64,000 nt of DNA from positions 14,650 to 78,649 of the IMG/VR virus record IMGVR_UViG_3300032053_005312, one strand, 5' to 3'. The position numbers and the translations under genes are program-made. The DNA is from a virus. This document shows, in pieces, positions 18,169-27,902 of this stretch (its first letter is position 1; every line of letters begins with the position of its first letter). Under the pieces are notes generated by a model. It did no database searches. It was not told the DNA's origin and was given only the letters and a program-made list of their open reading frames with translations.

Positions 18169-18696
18169 ATGCAAAAGCACAATGATCCAGAAGGTTGTAA
18201 GTGCGCCCGGTGTGCGGCTATTGCCAGAGGCATGACGCCGGATGAAGCTACCGTCGCTCAAACTGAGTGGGAAAACAAGGCATTGGTTGAACGTGGATTT
18301 TATGTTCACTATGTCAGTGCTGATTCCTCTTCTCCGACAAACTTCAATGCCCATACACATGGTATGCAGGCATTTGACAATCATCTGGATTTTCAGCTTA
18401 TTGTCCCTCTACCGCCAGAATCCGCTCACAATATAATTTGCACACTCGCCGAACGAGTGAAAGCTGGTGAGCGGTTTGTGTCAGGACAGAAGTTGGACAA
18501 GATCATTCGAGGGTTTGAAGTCAAGCTGGTCGAGGCTCCCGAAGACGACCGCAAGGTTCTTCGGATTGTATTGCCAGACCCGGATGGCAAATTGGAACCT
18601 GACGAAATCAACGAACAATACGCTGTCCAATACAAGGACGTTGAAGGGGTGAAGCTCCCGAAGCGTTCGTGGGTGGCTTACAAGCCAAAGCGATAA
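18169..18696 (+). CDS. DUF4262-like protein
   Basis: GFYVHYV..NAHTHG..HLDFQ..PDPDGK. Confidence 0.6.
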   Translation: MQKHNDPEGCKCARCAAIARGMTPDEATVAQTEWENKALVERGFYVHYVSADSSSPTNFNAHTHGMQAFDNHLDFQLIVPLPPESAHNIICTLAERVKAGERFVSGQKLDKIIRGFEVKLVEAPEDDRKVLRIVLPDPDGKLEPDEINEQYAVQYKDVEGVKLPKRSWVAYKPKR

Positions 18697-18700
18697 AGCC

Positions 18701-18991
18701 ATGACAGAAGACCCTCGCAATGTTGGATGGGTGTGTCCCGACCATACGCCTAAGCCTGACCCGCAGTATTTCAACAATCCCTTTGAATGGTTTGTCGGAA
18801 AACATTGTAAATTGGGTTTTCCAACGGGTCGCACCGAGGCTCCATTCACTGAGTTCATGTGGGTTTATGTCACTGGTCAAGAGGAAGACTTCCTGGTTGG
18901 CAGGCTAAACAACGATCCTTTATTTGTCGAAGAATACACGGATGGTGATGGCGTTGCTTTTGAGCGTCATGAAATCTGTGCTGTTGAATAG
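18701..18991 (+). CDS. DUF2314-like protein
   Basis: EFMWVYVT..GRLNNDP. Confidence 0.6.
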   Translation: MTEDPRNVGWVCPDHTPKPDPQYFNNPFEWFVGKHCKLGFPTGRTEAPFTEFMWVYVTGQEEDFLVGRLNNDPLFVEEYTDGDGVAFERHEICAVE

Positions 18992-18999
18992 GACTGTTT

Positions 19000-19590
19000 A
19001 TGACTGCAATACTTGACTTTTACCGTGATGAGGCCGCTTGGGATAAAACCAAGGTGCCTAACCCTAGCGGCTACACACATTTTGACATTGTGCGGAATTG
19101 GTCGGACGCACAATGGGAAGTCGCACACGATTTCATTCAGTGGGTCTTTCCACTCAAGGAAGAATCAGTATTTAATCCAGATGCTCCATTGTTGATTGAC
19201 GAAGACATAGCGATCTTTCGGGCCGATGACGAATTGAAGCAAGCCTTGTTTCTTTCGTTTCATCGGTTCCTTCGTTTTTTGGGCCTTCGTTGTCGATACG
19301 ATCAACCAACTAACAAATGGATCATAACTCCTGTAGCAGCCAATGAAAGTGGCATCGGTGACGAGTTCTTGACCAAAGCGGAAATTGAAAAGAAACAACA
19401 GGTATGGTCATATCCGAACCATAATTGGTTGAGGGTCACACGTTGCCTGCACAGCTTGCGTCTCCTGGGCCTGGAGTATGCTGCTGATTCCTTTTTTGAT
19501 TCACTGTGTAAGTTGTATGACGAGAACCGAGGCATCACGCCAGATACATTCAGGTATTGGCAAGATGCCGCACAAGGAGGATTAGAATGA
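19000..19590 (+). CDS. Opioid growth factor receptor (OGFr)-like domain protein
   Basis: WEVAHDFIQWVFPLKEESVFNPDAP, NHNWLRVTRCLHSLRLLGL. Confidence 0.85.
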   Translation: MTAILDFYRDEAAWDKTKVPNPSGYTHFDIVRNWSDAQWEVAHDFIQWVFPLKEESVFNPDAPLLIDEDIAIFRADDELKQALFLSFHRFLRFLGLRCRYDQPTNKWIITPVAANESGIGDEFLTKAEIEKKQQVWSYPNHNWLRVTRCLHSLRLLGLEYAADSFFDSLCKLYDENRGITPDTFRYWQDAAQGGLE

Positions 19591-19674
19591 CCTGCCAGAG
19601 CCACCGAGGTACTAAACGTGCGAAGGTTAAATGACAGTCTGAAGTTCAATGAGGGTGAAGAACCTGAAAACGAC

Positions 19675-20163
19675 ATGCCGCACATTCACTACGCCACTGA
19701 CGGCAAGGGCCGTTGGTGGAAGACTGAATACAAGCGGCAATGCCCTGAAGGCGTCTTCATGCGTGGTCGTTGTCAAGGCGTCGAAGGTCATTTGGGAGTT
19801 CACTGGAGCTTTAACGCTCAAGGTGGCTTCTGTTATGACGACAATGATAATGACCCCAGCGAAGGTGGATGTTCTGGCAGTATCCCGCCAGACCACAAGA
19901 GCTATCGAACGCCATTGGAAATGTCGAGCCATTATCACATGAGTCACAGCACTCATGCTGAAGTGGTTGATCCCGCTGAGATTGCTCGGTTGGAGGCCGA
20001 CGACGTTGACGAAGGCGAATCAGTAAGTCGTCCGCTCGATATGTCAAAACTTTCTCCTGAATATGCTGCCGAGTTGCGGCGACGTTCAGAAGAATACAAA
20101 GAAAACAAACCCAAGAAGCCTTGGTGGGCATTCTGGCGTTCTGAAAAAACAAAGATCGACTAA
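19675..20163 (+). CDS. Hypothetical protein with KPWWAFW tail
   Basis: Long ORF; start uncertain. Confidence 0.6.
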   Translation: MPHIHYATDGKGRWWKTEYKRQCPEGVFMRGRCQGVEGHLGVHWSFNAQGGFCYDDNDNDPSEGGCSGSIPPDHKSYRTPLEMSSHYHMSHSTHAEVVDPAEIARLEADDVDEGESVSRPLDMSKLSPEYAAELRRRSEEYKENKPKKPWWAFWRSEKTKID

Positions 20164-20186
20164 CCGCCCTCAGAGAAAAGAACACA

Positions 20187-20639
20187 ATGTTTGACTTCTT
20201 CAAGAATACGTTCTTGAACCGTGGCCGATACAAGACGCACTCCGAGGCAGTCGTTGTGTCGTGCTTTTACAATCCTCAGAACAGCCCATACCGACTTCTG
20301 GCTTTCCAGAAGTGGTATCACAGCATCAAGCACTTGAACTATCGCATTATTGAGTGTTTGATGGGGCCTGATGCTAAGTCTCAACTCCCGGATGATCCCA
20401 ATATCATCCAGGTGCAAACTGACTCTGTTCTATGGCACAAAGAGTCGCTATTGAACAAGGTTATTGCAGAGCTTCCCGAAAAGTTCAAGTATGTCTTTTG
20501 GGTGGACGCCGACGTGTTGTTCACCAACGACAACTGGCTGGTCGATTCGGTGAAGGAACTCGAACGTGGTGCCAACATCTGGCTTCTACGAAGACATGGG
20601 TTCCGACATCATTTATATGTTCGGTCAGCCTCAATATGA
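20187..20639 (+). pseudogene. Truncated glycosyltransferase-like gene
   Basis: LWHKESLLN..YVFWVDADVLF (DxD), then an abrupt switch to unrelated sequence near 20580. Confidence 0.55.
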
Positions 20640-20766
20640 ATTCCAAGTCGATATTGAGGGCCATGAAGAACTTGATTGTGAATCGTGTTAGTCGAACAAT
20701 GTCACTACGAACAACGACATTGAATGGTGTCGATCCATTCTTTCACCGTGGTTATGGAACCGAAAA

Positions 20767-21183
20767 ATGAAGACGGTAATTGAACAACTGGCCGATTTCA
20801 TTAAGAACTCCGAGGACAGCCACACGAACAACTTGTGGTTGCAGGACGATATAATGAAGGTATACGTCCGCAAAGGGCGGCACATGGTATATCCAGGTAA
20901 GCTCTCTACGACTCTGGATATTGCCGCCGTCGAAGTGGATGAAGACAAGCAAAGTCAGGGACATTGGACGGCTTTTCTCGATAAGGCCCACGAGATGAAT
21001 CCGTGGGAGGCAACATATGTCGAGAATACGTTGAATCCTATTCTTGCTACATCCCTCATTCGACATGGGTGGATGCCGGTTCCGGGTGCGTATCCAGAAT
21101 CCTTCTTCATGCCGAAAGATTCGGCAAAGTATTTCGAGCAGCAGTTTTTACAACAAAAGTTTTCCAGAAGAAATGCCTACTGA
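20767..21183 (+). CDS. GNAT-like protein
   Basis: LDIAAVEVDEDKQSQG motif A-like; YVEN. Confidence 0.55.
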   Translation: MKTVIEQLADFIKNSEDSHTNNLWLQDDIMKVYVRKGRHMVYPGKLSTTLDIAAVEVDEDKQSQGHWTAFLDKAHEMNPWEATYVENTLNPILATSLIRHGWMPVPGAYPESFFMPKDSAKYFEQQFLQQKFSRRNAY

Positions 21184-21472
21184 AACAGCAACGTGCATGG
21201 GTTGTTTTGTGAATAACCCAAGAATATGGGATAATCAACATTTGGAGTCCTTGCGGACCAATCCGACAACCTTCAGTGCGATTGGCTTGACCGCCGATGA
21301 GAAATTGTGTCTCAAGCATTTGGCCGATGCGTGGAATTTGTTCGTCAATATGGCCGCAAAGCATCCAGACGACGACAGTGAATTCCATACGGCAATACAT
21401 GACGCACAAAAAATGATCGCTCTGCGGGTTGCTCGTCGAGTGGACACAGACGTATGGAAGCAGCCAGAATGA
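21173..21472 (+). CDS. Hypothetical protein
   Basis: LADAWNLF..HPDD..FHTAIH..ALRVARR phage-type motif. Confidence 0.6.
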   Translation: MPTETATCMGCFVNNPRIWDNQHLESLRTNPTTFSAIGLTADEKLCLKHLADAWNLFVNMAAKHPDDDSEFHTAIHDAQKMIALRVARRVDTDVWKQPE

Positions 21473-21960
21473 AAGTAATATCCGGTGGGCAAACTGGAAG
21501 TGATGAAGCTGGTCTTCGAGCGGCGAAAGCGTGCGGTTTTGAAACTGGAGGATGGTTGCCCCAAGGCTGTAAAACTCTTGATGGGACACGACCAGACCTA
21601 TTGACAGAATACGGCATGAAAGAGCATAGTAGTTCTCTCTACCCGCCCAGGACTGAGGCAAATGTCAAGGACAGTTGTGGCACCATAAGATTTGCTAGGA
21701 CATTCTCTTCAGCCGGGGAAAAGTGTACTCTCCGTGCGATCAAGTGGTTTAATCGTCCGTATTTGAACGTGGATATAAATAAGCCGATAGATAAACAGGA
21801 AGTATTGTCTTGGCTTAAAGAGCATGATATAAAGATTCTCAACATTGCTGGGAATTCTGAGGAAACCGCTCCCGGCATTGGCGATTTCGTCTTTAAGTAT
21901 CTCATGGGTGTCTTTTCCGACGTAAAAAACGGGCTTGACAACATGACCCATGCGGAGTAA
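21469..21960 (+). CDS. Circularly permuted YpsA SLOG-family protein
   Basis: KVISGGQTGSDEAGL, TGGWLP, YPPRTEANVKDS, LNIAGN. Confidence 0.85.
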   Translation: MKVISGGQTGSDEAGLRAAKACGFETGGWLPQGCKTLDGTRPDLLTEYGMKEHSSSLYPPRTEANVKDSCGTIRFARTFSSAGEKCTLRAIKWFNRPYLNVDINKPIDKQEVLSWLKEHDIKILNIAGNSEETAPGIGDFVFKYLMGVFSDVKNGLDNMTHAE

Positions 21961-22008
21961 AAACTGATGTTGGACAAATTTACGACCCCTATCCAAAAGG
22001 AAGACCCG

Positions 22009-22269
22009 ATGGCTGCAACTGCAACGACCCAGACCCAAATCCAAACTCAGTCTCAAAATGCTTGTCCCGTTCAGGGTGCAGTTGAGCAACTGAGCGCCAC
22101 ATCCGAAACTTGTGAAGGCACGGGATGCTGCGAGAACACTCTTTGCCAGGAGTCCCTCCGAGAGCGGGCTTATTTGCTGTGGGAGAAGGCTGGTTCCCCA
22201 ATCGGCGATGGCGTGGATTTCTGGATCACCGCCGAGCAAGAACTGTTGGCCGATGCCACCGCTGAATAA
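22009..22269 (+). CDS. DUF2934 domain protein
   Basis: LRERAYLLWEKAGSP.G...FW..AE.EL. Confidence 0.8.
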   Translation: MAATATTQTQIQTQSQNACPVQGAVEQLSATSETCEGTGCCENTLCQESLRERAYLLWEKAGSPIGDGVDFWITAEQELLADATAE

Positions 22270-22298
22270 ACCGGCCTGCCTTGATGGTTTGCTTCATA

Positions 22299-22338
22299 AA
22301 CGCCACAACCACTGACAAAAATCAGTGGTTGTGGCGTT
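22299..22338. repeat. Perfect 17-bp inverted repeat
   Basis: aacgccacaaccactga-caaaaa-tcagtggttgtggcgtt. Confidence 0.85.
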
Positions 22339-22460
22339 AGTACGGTTGTGTCAGGTCACGATCCAGAACTGCTGGCTTATGTCCTCAGTGTCACAGCAAA
22401 AGGCGTGCTGGTTTTTCACGATCACGATGAGGAATTTTTTCCGTGGTCGCTACATAGGGC

Positions 22461-22808
22461 ATGGGCAAGAATGATACTTTGGTTGAAGGACTTCACTATT
22501 ACATTGACGGAAAAGGCAAGTGGGTATTTACCTCTTACTTTTTGCTCAATCGTGGGTATTGTTGTCACAACGGTTGTCTTAACTGTCCATATGGTGCTAA
22601 CATGAAAATCGAACCGGGCCAATATATCTGGAGATCGAAAGACACAGACTTTCCAGTAACGGTTATTGAGTCCATTGGCAAAGGCCCGGACGGGCGATTC
22701 TATGTAAAGATCGCTGATAGCAACACATCCGTTCCAGCCGATGAACTCATAAAGGTTCCGAATGTGGCGCAAGCATCACGACGACCCCAATCGAAAAGAC
22801 TATTTTGA
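22461..22808 (+). CDS. DUF5522-like Cys-rich domain fused to a small beta domain
   Basis: YYID..WVFT..LLNRGYCCHNGCLNCPY. Confidence 0.7.
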   Translation: MGKNDTLVEGLHYYIDGKGKWVFTSYFLLNRGYCCHNGCLNCPYGANMKIEPGQYIWRSKDTDFPVTVIESIGKGPDGRFYVKIADSNTSVPADELIKVPNVAQASRRPQSKRLF

Positions 22809-22873
22809 TGATTTGGTGATTGGTGGTTTACTTATTGTTGTCCTTATTCTGCTGGGGTTTATGTCCTTTCATG

Positions 22874-22925
<52 letters not shown>

Positions 22926-22962
22926 AATCCATCACATTCATCCGATGTAGGATATATAAAGC

Positions 22963-23379
22963 ATGAAAAGGATATGCACATTTAATGAATTCATGGTCTT
23001 GAAGGAAGATGATCGGCGAACTGGTAGCAAAACAGGGCTATATCCTCTAGGATATGGTGGAATTGGGTTATACCCCGATGCAGACATGATGACTCATTCT
23101 GCTGATGCGATCCTTTATGTCACAATAGACAACCGATTGTTCAAGAACGGAGATTCAGCCCCATTCAGCATTGCTCACTTGCCCGGCCACAAGCAATATG
23201 GCGACATGGCGAATTCAGGCGAGAATGAACCATATGACATTCGCCATCTTCCTGGCGATGTTGTTCCCCACAAGGACAGCCCATTGGGTGGCAAGTCCAT
23301 ACCGTTCAAGAGTTTTGTAAAGTTGGTAGAAAAGCCAAAAGAAATTTCCCCGCCCGATTCCCCGAACCTTCCCAGGTAG
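22963..23379 (+). CDS. Hypothetical protein, possibly virion-associated
   Basis: N-terminal TFNEF..E; LYPLGYGGIGLYP. Confidence 0.65.
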   Translation: MKRICTFNEFMVLKEDDRRTGSKTGLYPLGYGGIGLYPDADMMTHSADAILYVTIDNRLFKNGDSAPFSIAHLPGHKQYGDMANSGENEPYDIRHLPGDVVPHKDSPLGGKSIPFKSFVKLVEKPKEISPPDSPNLPR

Positions 23380-23392
23380 TTAGGGTCTTGTC

Positions 23393-23764
23393 ATGAAGCG
23401 TAATCCGATTGCCAACTATTGTAAACAACAAGTAGAGGGCTGGGACAAGCTGCCTGAGTTCATGAACTTCGCCCCTCTTGGGGAAGAGGACTTTTGTTGC
23501 AGTTTTCTTCGTCGTGCTGACGGGATTCAAATGTTGGCGTCAGTGAAAGACCTAAACTCCCTCAATACCATCCACATCTCTTTGGCTCCGATTCGAGATT
23601 GCCGCAAAGACTGGACTGATGAAGAACATAGTGGACACATATTCGATGTGGCGTTTGAAGTAGTCGAGTCGTTTTTCCCCGGTCGAAGGTTTGCACGACA
23701 GCCCGATGATCTCCGCAGACCCCAAGTGAAGCATTACTTCGCCATTCTGGAGGCCAATGAATGA
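23393..23764 (+). CDS. Hypothetical protein
   Basis: ORF coupled to metG. Confidence 0.65.
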   Translation: MKRNPIANYCKQQVEGWDKLPEFMNFAPLGEEDFCCSFLRRADGIQMLASVKDLNSLNTIHISLAPIRDCRKDWTDEEHSGHIFDVAFEVVESFFPGRRFARQPDDLRRPQVKHYFAILEANE

Positions 23765-25407
23765 ACGAGTTCCACATTTCAGAAAAAGACAACAACACCA
23801 CGTTCGTCACCACGGCGATTGATTATCCGAATGCTATGCCGCATATTGGTACAGCTTTCGAGAAGATCGGTGCAGACGTGTACGCCCGGTTCCGTCGATT
23901 CCAGGGTCGTGATGTATATTTCACGATGGGCAATGACGAGAACACGGTGAAAGTGCTTAAAGCGGCGAAGGCTGTGGACAAGCATCCTCAGCCATATGTC
24001 GATGAAATGGCCGAAGCGTTTAAGGCTGTGTGGAAAGAACTCAATATTTCCTTTGACGATTTCATTCAGACCAGCGAAGATCGGCATCTGTTGGGCGTTC
24101 AGAGATTTCTGCGTGCTGTTAATGCTGCTGGATATATCGAGAAGCGACCATACAAGGCTCTCTATTGTGAGGGCTGTGAAGAGTTCAAGAGTCCAAATAG
24201 CTTGGACCATGCAAAGCGATGCCCGAACCATACTGGCACACCGTTGGTGGAGCGGGAGGAAGAGAATTACTTCTTTCTTCTATCTGCATTCAAGCAGCGT
24301 GTGGCTGATTTGATTTATCCTACTCCATTCCTCACTGCTTTCCTGAGTATCGAGCCAGAGTCTCGTTACAACGAAGTCACCAAGTTCATCAACACGGAAC
24401 TGACGGATATTTCCATCAGTCGCCGCAATGAAGGCTGGGGCATTCCAATTCCTTGGGATGATACACAGGCCACCTATGTCTGGTTCGACGCTTTGTTGAA
24501 CTATTTGACCGTGATTGGTTTCGGGAACGATTGGGAGAAATTCCAAAAGTATTGGCCTGCTGAAGTTCACTTCATCGGCAAGGACATTACTCGGTTCCAC
24601 TGTGCATTGTTCCCGGCAATGTGCATGGCATACAACGAAGGCTGTGATAAGTTGGGTGAACCTCAATACAAGTTGAAGGCTTTCCCTCAGCGTGTATTCG
24701 CCCACGGATTCGTGAATCAAAAGAAGGGAAGTCAGGTTGTCAAGATTTCCAAGAGCGGAGATTCAATCCAACCTGGAGAACTGATTGAGCAGTTCGGGTC
24801 GGATGCGTATAGATATTACTTCTTGTCGAAGTTCAACTACGATACGGACGGCGAATATAGCCTGGACCACTTCAGAGAAGTGTATAACGCTGACCTCGCC
24901 AACTCTTTGGGCAACCTCGTGAGTCGTACTGTAGGAATGTCGATGCAGTATTTCGACGGGAAGATTCCACCGATGGCCGCAGAAGGCCAGACTTGGCTTG
25001 ATGAGAAGACGGCGTTGGAATACGAGCAATTTATTGTGGATTGTTGTTCGTATCGGCACGCTCTTGAATTGACGTGGAAGATCATCTTCAACGCCAACAA
25101 GCTGATCGAGGATTCCAAGCCGTGGGAGTTGGTTAAGTTGCCCGGCAACACCTGCGGTCAGGTGTTGGGCCAACTTGTGGGCAGTCTGAGAATCATCAGT
25201 CTGTTGATCCGACCGTTCACTCCAGCGGTGGCCGAGAAGATTTACACGACGTTCCAGTGGGCTGAAGGTTGGAATGAACTCGATTGGGAGTTCGTCAAGA
25301 AGTTGTCTGAAAACAACTTCCTGGGACTCGAAAACGGTATTGCCATCAATAGGAATGTTTTAGATAATGCCGGAAAGTTTCCAGTGTTGTTTCCGAGGGC
25401 CAAATGA
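23761..25407 (+). CDS. metG: Methionyl-tRNA synthetase
   Basis: TTAIDYPNAMPHIG, DDFIQTS, YCEGCEEF, YVWFDALLNY, IGKDITRFH, KISKS, LANSLGNLVSR, KPWEL. Confidence 0.93.
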   Translation: MNEFHISEKDNNTTFVTTAIDYPNAMPHIGTAFEKIGADVYARFRRFQGRDVYFTMGNDENTVKVLKAAKAVDKHPQPYVDEMAEAFKAVWKELNISFDDFIQTSEDRHLLGVQRFLRAVNAAGYIEKRPYKALYCEGCEEFKSPNSLDHAKRCPNHTGTPLVEREEENYFFLLSAFKQRVADLIYPTPFLTAFLSIEPESRYNEVTKFINTELTDISISRRNEGWGIPIPWDDTQATYVWFDALLNYLTVIGFGNDWEKFQKYWPAEVHFIGKDITRFHCALFPAMCMAYNEGCDKLGEPQYKLKAFPQRVFAHGFVNQKKGSQVVKISKSGDSIQPGELIEQFGSDAYRYYFLSKFNYDTDGEYSLDHFREVYNADLANSLGNLVSRTVGMSMQYFDGKIPPMAAEGQTWLDEKTALEYEQFIVDCCSYRHALELTWKIIFNANKLIEDSKPWELVKLPGNTCGQVLGQLVGSLRIISLLIRPFTPAVAEKIYTTFQWAEGWNELDWEFVKKLSENNFLGLENGIAINRNVLDNAGKFPVLFPRAK

Positions 25408-25592
25408 GCAGATTGATGTTGGTTCTAGGATTAGTCATTGGGTTTTGGGCGGGCCATTGGTTCGCCCGAACTTCATGGCATCAACGATGGTATGCTCAGT
25501 GGTATGAGGGGTTTCTCAACGGCGCTGTTGTTGCAGCAATACTGGTGGGCATCTACTTCATTGTCATAAGAAATTGGAAACAATCTTCTTAG
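25404..25592 (+). CDS. Small membrane protein
   Basis: Two TM segments; ATGA overlap. Confidence 0.6.
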   Translation: MSRLMLVLGLVIGFWAGHWFARTSWHQRWYAQWYEGFLNGAVVAAILVGIYFIVIRNWKQSS

Positions 25593-25667
25593 GGGTTGCA
25601 CGGTGAGTCCAATCGGTAAGGCGCAAGTCGCTCCGATTAACTGAGGGTTCGATTCCCTCCAACTCCA
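25592..25667 (+). ncRNA. Anticodon-less Ala-acceptor tRNA-like RNA resembling the tmRNA tRNA-like domain
   Basis: ggggttg/caactcc+A (G3.U70, A73), stem aatcgg/ccgatt capped by ggc-GCAA-gtc, T arm gaggg-ttcgatt-ccctc. Confidence 0.68.
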
Positions 25668-25669
25668 CT

Positions 25670-25954
25670 ATGAATGAAAAACCAGCCGATGGCGTCCGAG
25701 GCTTCTTTCTCTACAGTCCGTTTTCGCATCGACACTTCTTCCGTGTTTACGGAGAAGTCGATCCGACGACGGGCCATAAGACGTTCACCGATTACAAGGT
25801 GTGCGCCGAAGATATAGAAGTCACGATTGAAGCGAATGGGTTGTCCCTGTATGAAGGGGACGAAGATAAAAACCGCCTTGATTGGTCCAGCCGTGTCTTA
25901 GGAAGAGATGGCAAAGACCACTTGGATGTGCGAACACCAAAAAAGGAACAGTAA
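25670..25954 (+). CDS. Hypothetical protein
   Basis: ATG 2 nt after the RNA discriminator. Confidence 0.65.
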   Translation: MNEKPADGVRGFFLYSPFSHRHFFRVYGEVDPTTGHKTFTDYKVCAEDIEVTIEANGLSLYEGDEDKNRLDWSSRVLGRDGKDHLDVRTPKKEQ

Positions 25955-26034
25955 TGGGACGGCCCGTAGAATTTTCTTGATACGATCACTCCTTTATTGT
26001 GTCTGAAAAGATATAATGAACCAAGGAGTAAATC

Positions 26035-26247
26035 ATGGATAAAGAATACGCAAAAGCTATTTCCAACTTCGAGCAAGCGGGAGCGCACCTGGGAAACTTC
26101 GCCAACCTATTGTTCACATATCACAAATCGCTATGTGAATCCGGCTTCCAGAGAGACGAAGCATTGGAATTGGTGAGGGAACTCCAAACGACCTTATTTG
26201 CACAGGCTTTCAACTTCGGACCACAGAAGCAAGATGATGACGACTAA
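26035..26247 (+). CDS. Hypothetical protein
   Basis: SD aaggag; GFQRDEALEL motif. Confidence 0.65.
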   Translation: MDKEYAKAISNFEQAGAHLGNFANLLFTYHKSLCESGFQRDEALELVRELQTTLFAQAFNFGPQKQDDDD

Positions 26248-26353
26248 AGTAATCATTGTTAAGCCAGAAAGACTTGCAGGATCGGTCGCAGAGAAATCTG
26301 GCGACCGATTTCGTTATCCATGCAGATGACTTCCTTGCGGAACTGGAGCGAAC

Positions 26354-26611
26354 ATGAGTGATTGCGAAGTGGCCCAATTCAGCAGAATGGCCATCCCTTT
26401 GATGAGGAGGATATATCCTCAGCTTATTGCCAACCAGATATACAGTGTTCAGCCATTGGCTTGCCCAACTGGTTTAGTGCATTATTTGCGATATAAATAT
26501 TCTGAGAACAAAGGCAGCACCATCAATACCGATGGTTGGATCATCAAGTCCAAGAAGAAAAAGATTTGGCGTGACATCAACGATCCGTGGGAGCCTTCTA
26601 GCAATGGCTGA
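26354..26611 (+). CDS. Mini-protein carrying a T4 gp23-like major capsid fragment and WRDINDPWE tail
   Basis: IPLMRRIYPQLIANQIYSVQPLACPTGLVHYLRYKY follows the conserved gp23 segment RR.P.LIA...VQP..GPTG. Confidence 0.75.
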   Translation: MSDCEVAQFSRMAIPLMRRIYPQLIANQIYSVQPLACPTGLVHYLRYKYSENKGSTINTDGWIIKSKKKKIWRDINDPWEPSSNG

Positions 26612-26834
26612 GAATATATGGTATCGTATTCGCAAGCATCTTGGGATGTTGTCCTATGAGGAAAGTCGCATTGAATCGAGTGAGCAGGTAAAGAACTCGA
26701 TCAGGGCGCAAATGATACATCCCGATGACGTTAATTGGTCTGATGGAATCAAGACCGAGAATATTCCCAAAAAAGATAAACTGCGGCCCAGGTCGATTCT
26801 CGAAGATTGGGGAGTAACCCAAGATTCGGGCTGA
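26604..26834 (+). CDS. Hypothetical protein with RSILEDW tail
   Basis: Coupled ORF. Confidence 0.55.
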   Translation: MAENIWYRIRKHLGMLSYEESRIESSEQVKNSIRAQMIHPDDVNWSDGIKTENIPKKDKLRPRSILEDWGVTQDSG

Positions 26835-26878
26835 ACCTTTTGGCAGCGGCGATCTCTAGTAGTGTAAGGAGAAACATC

Positions 26879-27283
26879 ATGGCAGTAAAGCAAGTTATCG
26901 TTTGGCGACACGATTTAGGTTGTCGAGTTGGCAAGAAGATGTCGCAAGCGGGTCATGCTGCTTTGGCCGACTTGTCGAACACGATTCGTGACAATGTTGA
27001 TGCCGAAGGTAATGTATCGTTCAAGCTGTCGCCTGCACAGTTTGAGTGGTATTTGACGAACTTCCGTAAGATCGTTCTCCGTGTTGACAGTGAGGCCGAC
27101 CTGTTGCTTCTGTACCATCTGGCGCAGGAAGTGGGGTTGCCGACTGAACTCATCATCGACAGTGGTTTGACGGAATGGGATCAGCCCACAAAGACTTGCA
27201 TCGCTATCGGGCCAGCAGAAGATGCCGAGATTGACGAGATCACTGGTGAGCGTGGCCCTTTGGGAAGATTGAAGTTGATGTGA
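26879..27283 (+). CDS. pth2: Peptidyl-tRNA hydrolase, Pth2 type
   Basis: KQVIVWRHDL..GKKMSQAGHA..KIVL..IIDSGLTE..TCIAIGP. Confidence 0.9.
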   Translation: MAVKQVIVWRHDLGCRVGKKMSQAGHAALADLSNTIRDNVDAEGNVSFKLSPAQFEWYLTNFRKIVLRVDSEADLLLLYHLAQEVGLPTELIIDSGLTEWDQPTKTCIAIGPAEDAEIDEITGERGPLGRLKLM

Positions 27284-27325
27284 CCTTTACTGATTGGTGG
27301 TTTTTGTGGTGTATAATACAATACC

Positions 27326-27835
27326 ATGATTGCAACCATCATAATTGCCGCAGCAACTTTTTTCACCCTGATGGCCTTGACGTATTGCTGTCTACGTTTA
27401 TGGTCGGCACGGAATGCTTTACAACATAAACTTTCCGTGGTAGAATCAACCGTAGCAGAGCAGCATCTTGCCCTTAGTGCATACGAGGATCGGCTGAGTA
27501 AAGTCGAGGCTGTTCAAGAAGAAGAATTGACGCAAGATCAGGCTGAATACAGAGATCAGCTACAGGCACAATACGCTGCCCTGTTCAAGCAGATCGAAGA
27601 CAAAATGAAAAACGATCTGAAGACGGCGAGAACCGAAACTTCAGATTTGGTGAAGAAGAGTCGTGCGGAATTCGACAAAAAGTTGAAGGACGAGTTCAAG
27701 AAAGCCTGTGAACAGATCAAGTTTAGCGAAATCGAATACAAACGAACCATCACCAAAAAGCGGAAAGAATTCAGTCGCAAAAATGCAAAGAACGCCAAAC
27801 CTCAGAGGATATGGCGATACATAGATGAAGAGTAG
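27326..27835 (+). CDS. Membrane-anchored coiled-coil protein
   Basis: N-terminal TM, long helical region, ends RIWRYIDEE. Confidence 0.7.
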   Translation: MIATIIIAAATFFTLMALTYCCLRLWSARNALQHKLSVVESTVAEQHLALSAYEDRLSKVEAVQEEELTQDQAEYRDQLQAQYAALFKQIEDKMKNDLKTARTETSDLVKKSRAEFDKKLKDEFKKACEQIKFSEIEYKRTITKKRKEFSRKNAKNAKPQRIWRYIDEE

Positions 27836-27902
27836 CCCTTTGAACGCAGAGGAAAAAATGGGTCCGTAGATACACGAAAGGAACCATCAACCGGAGGTCA
27901 GT

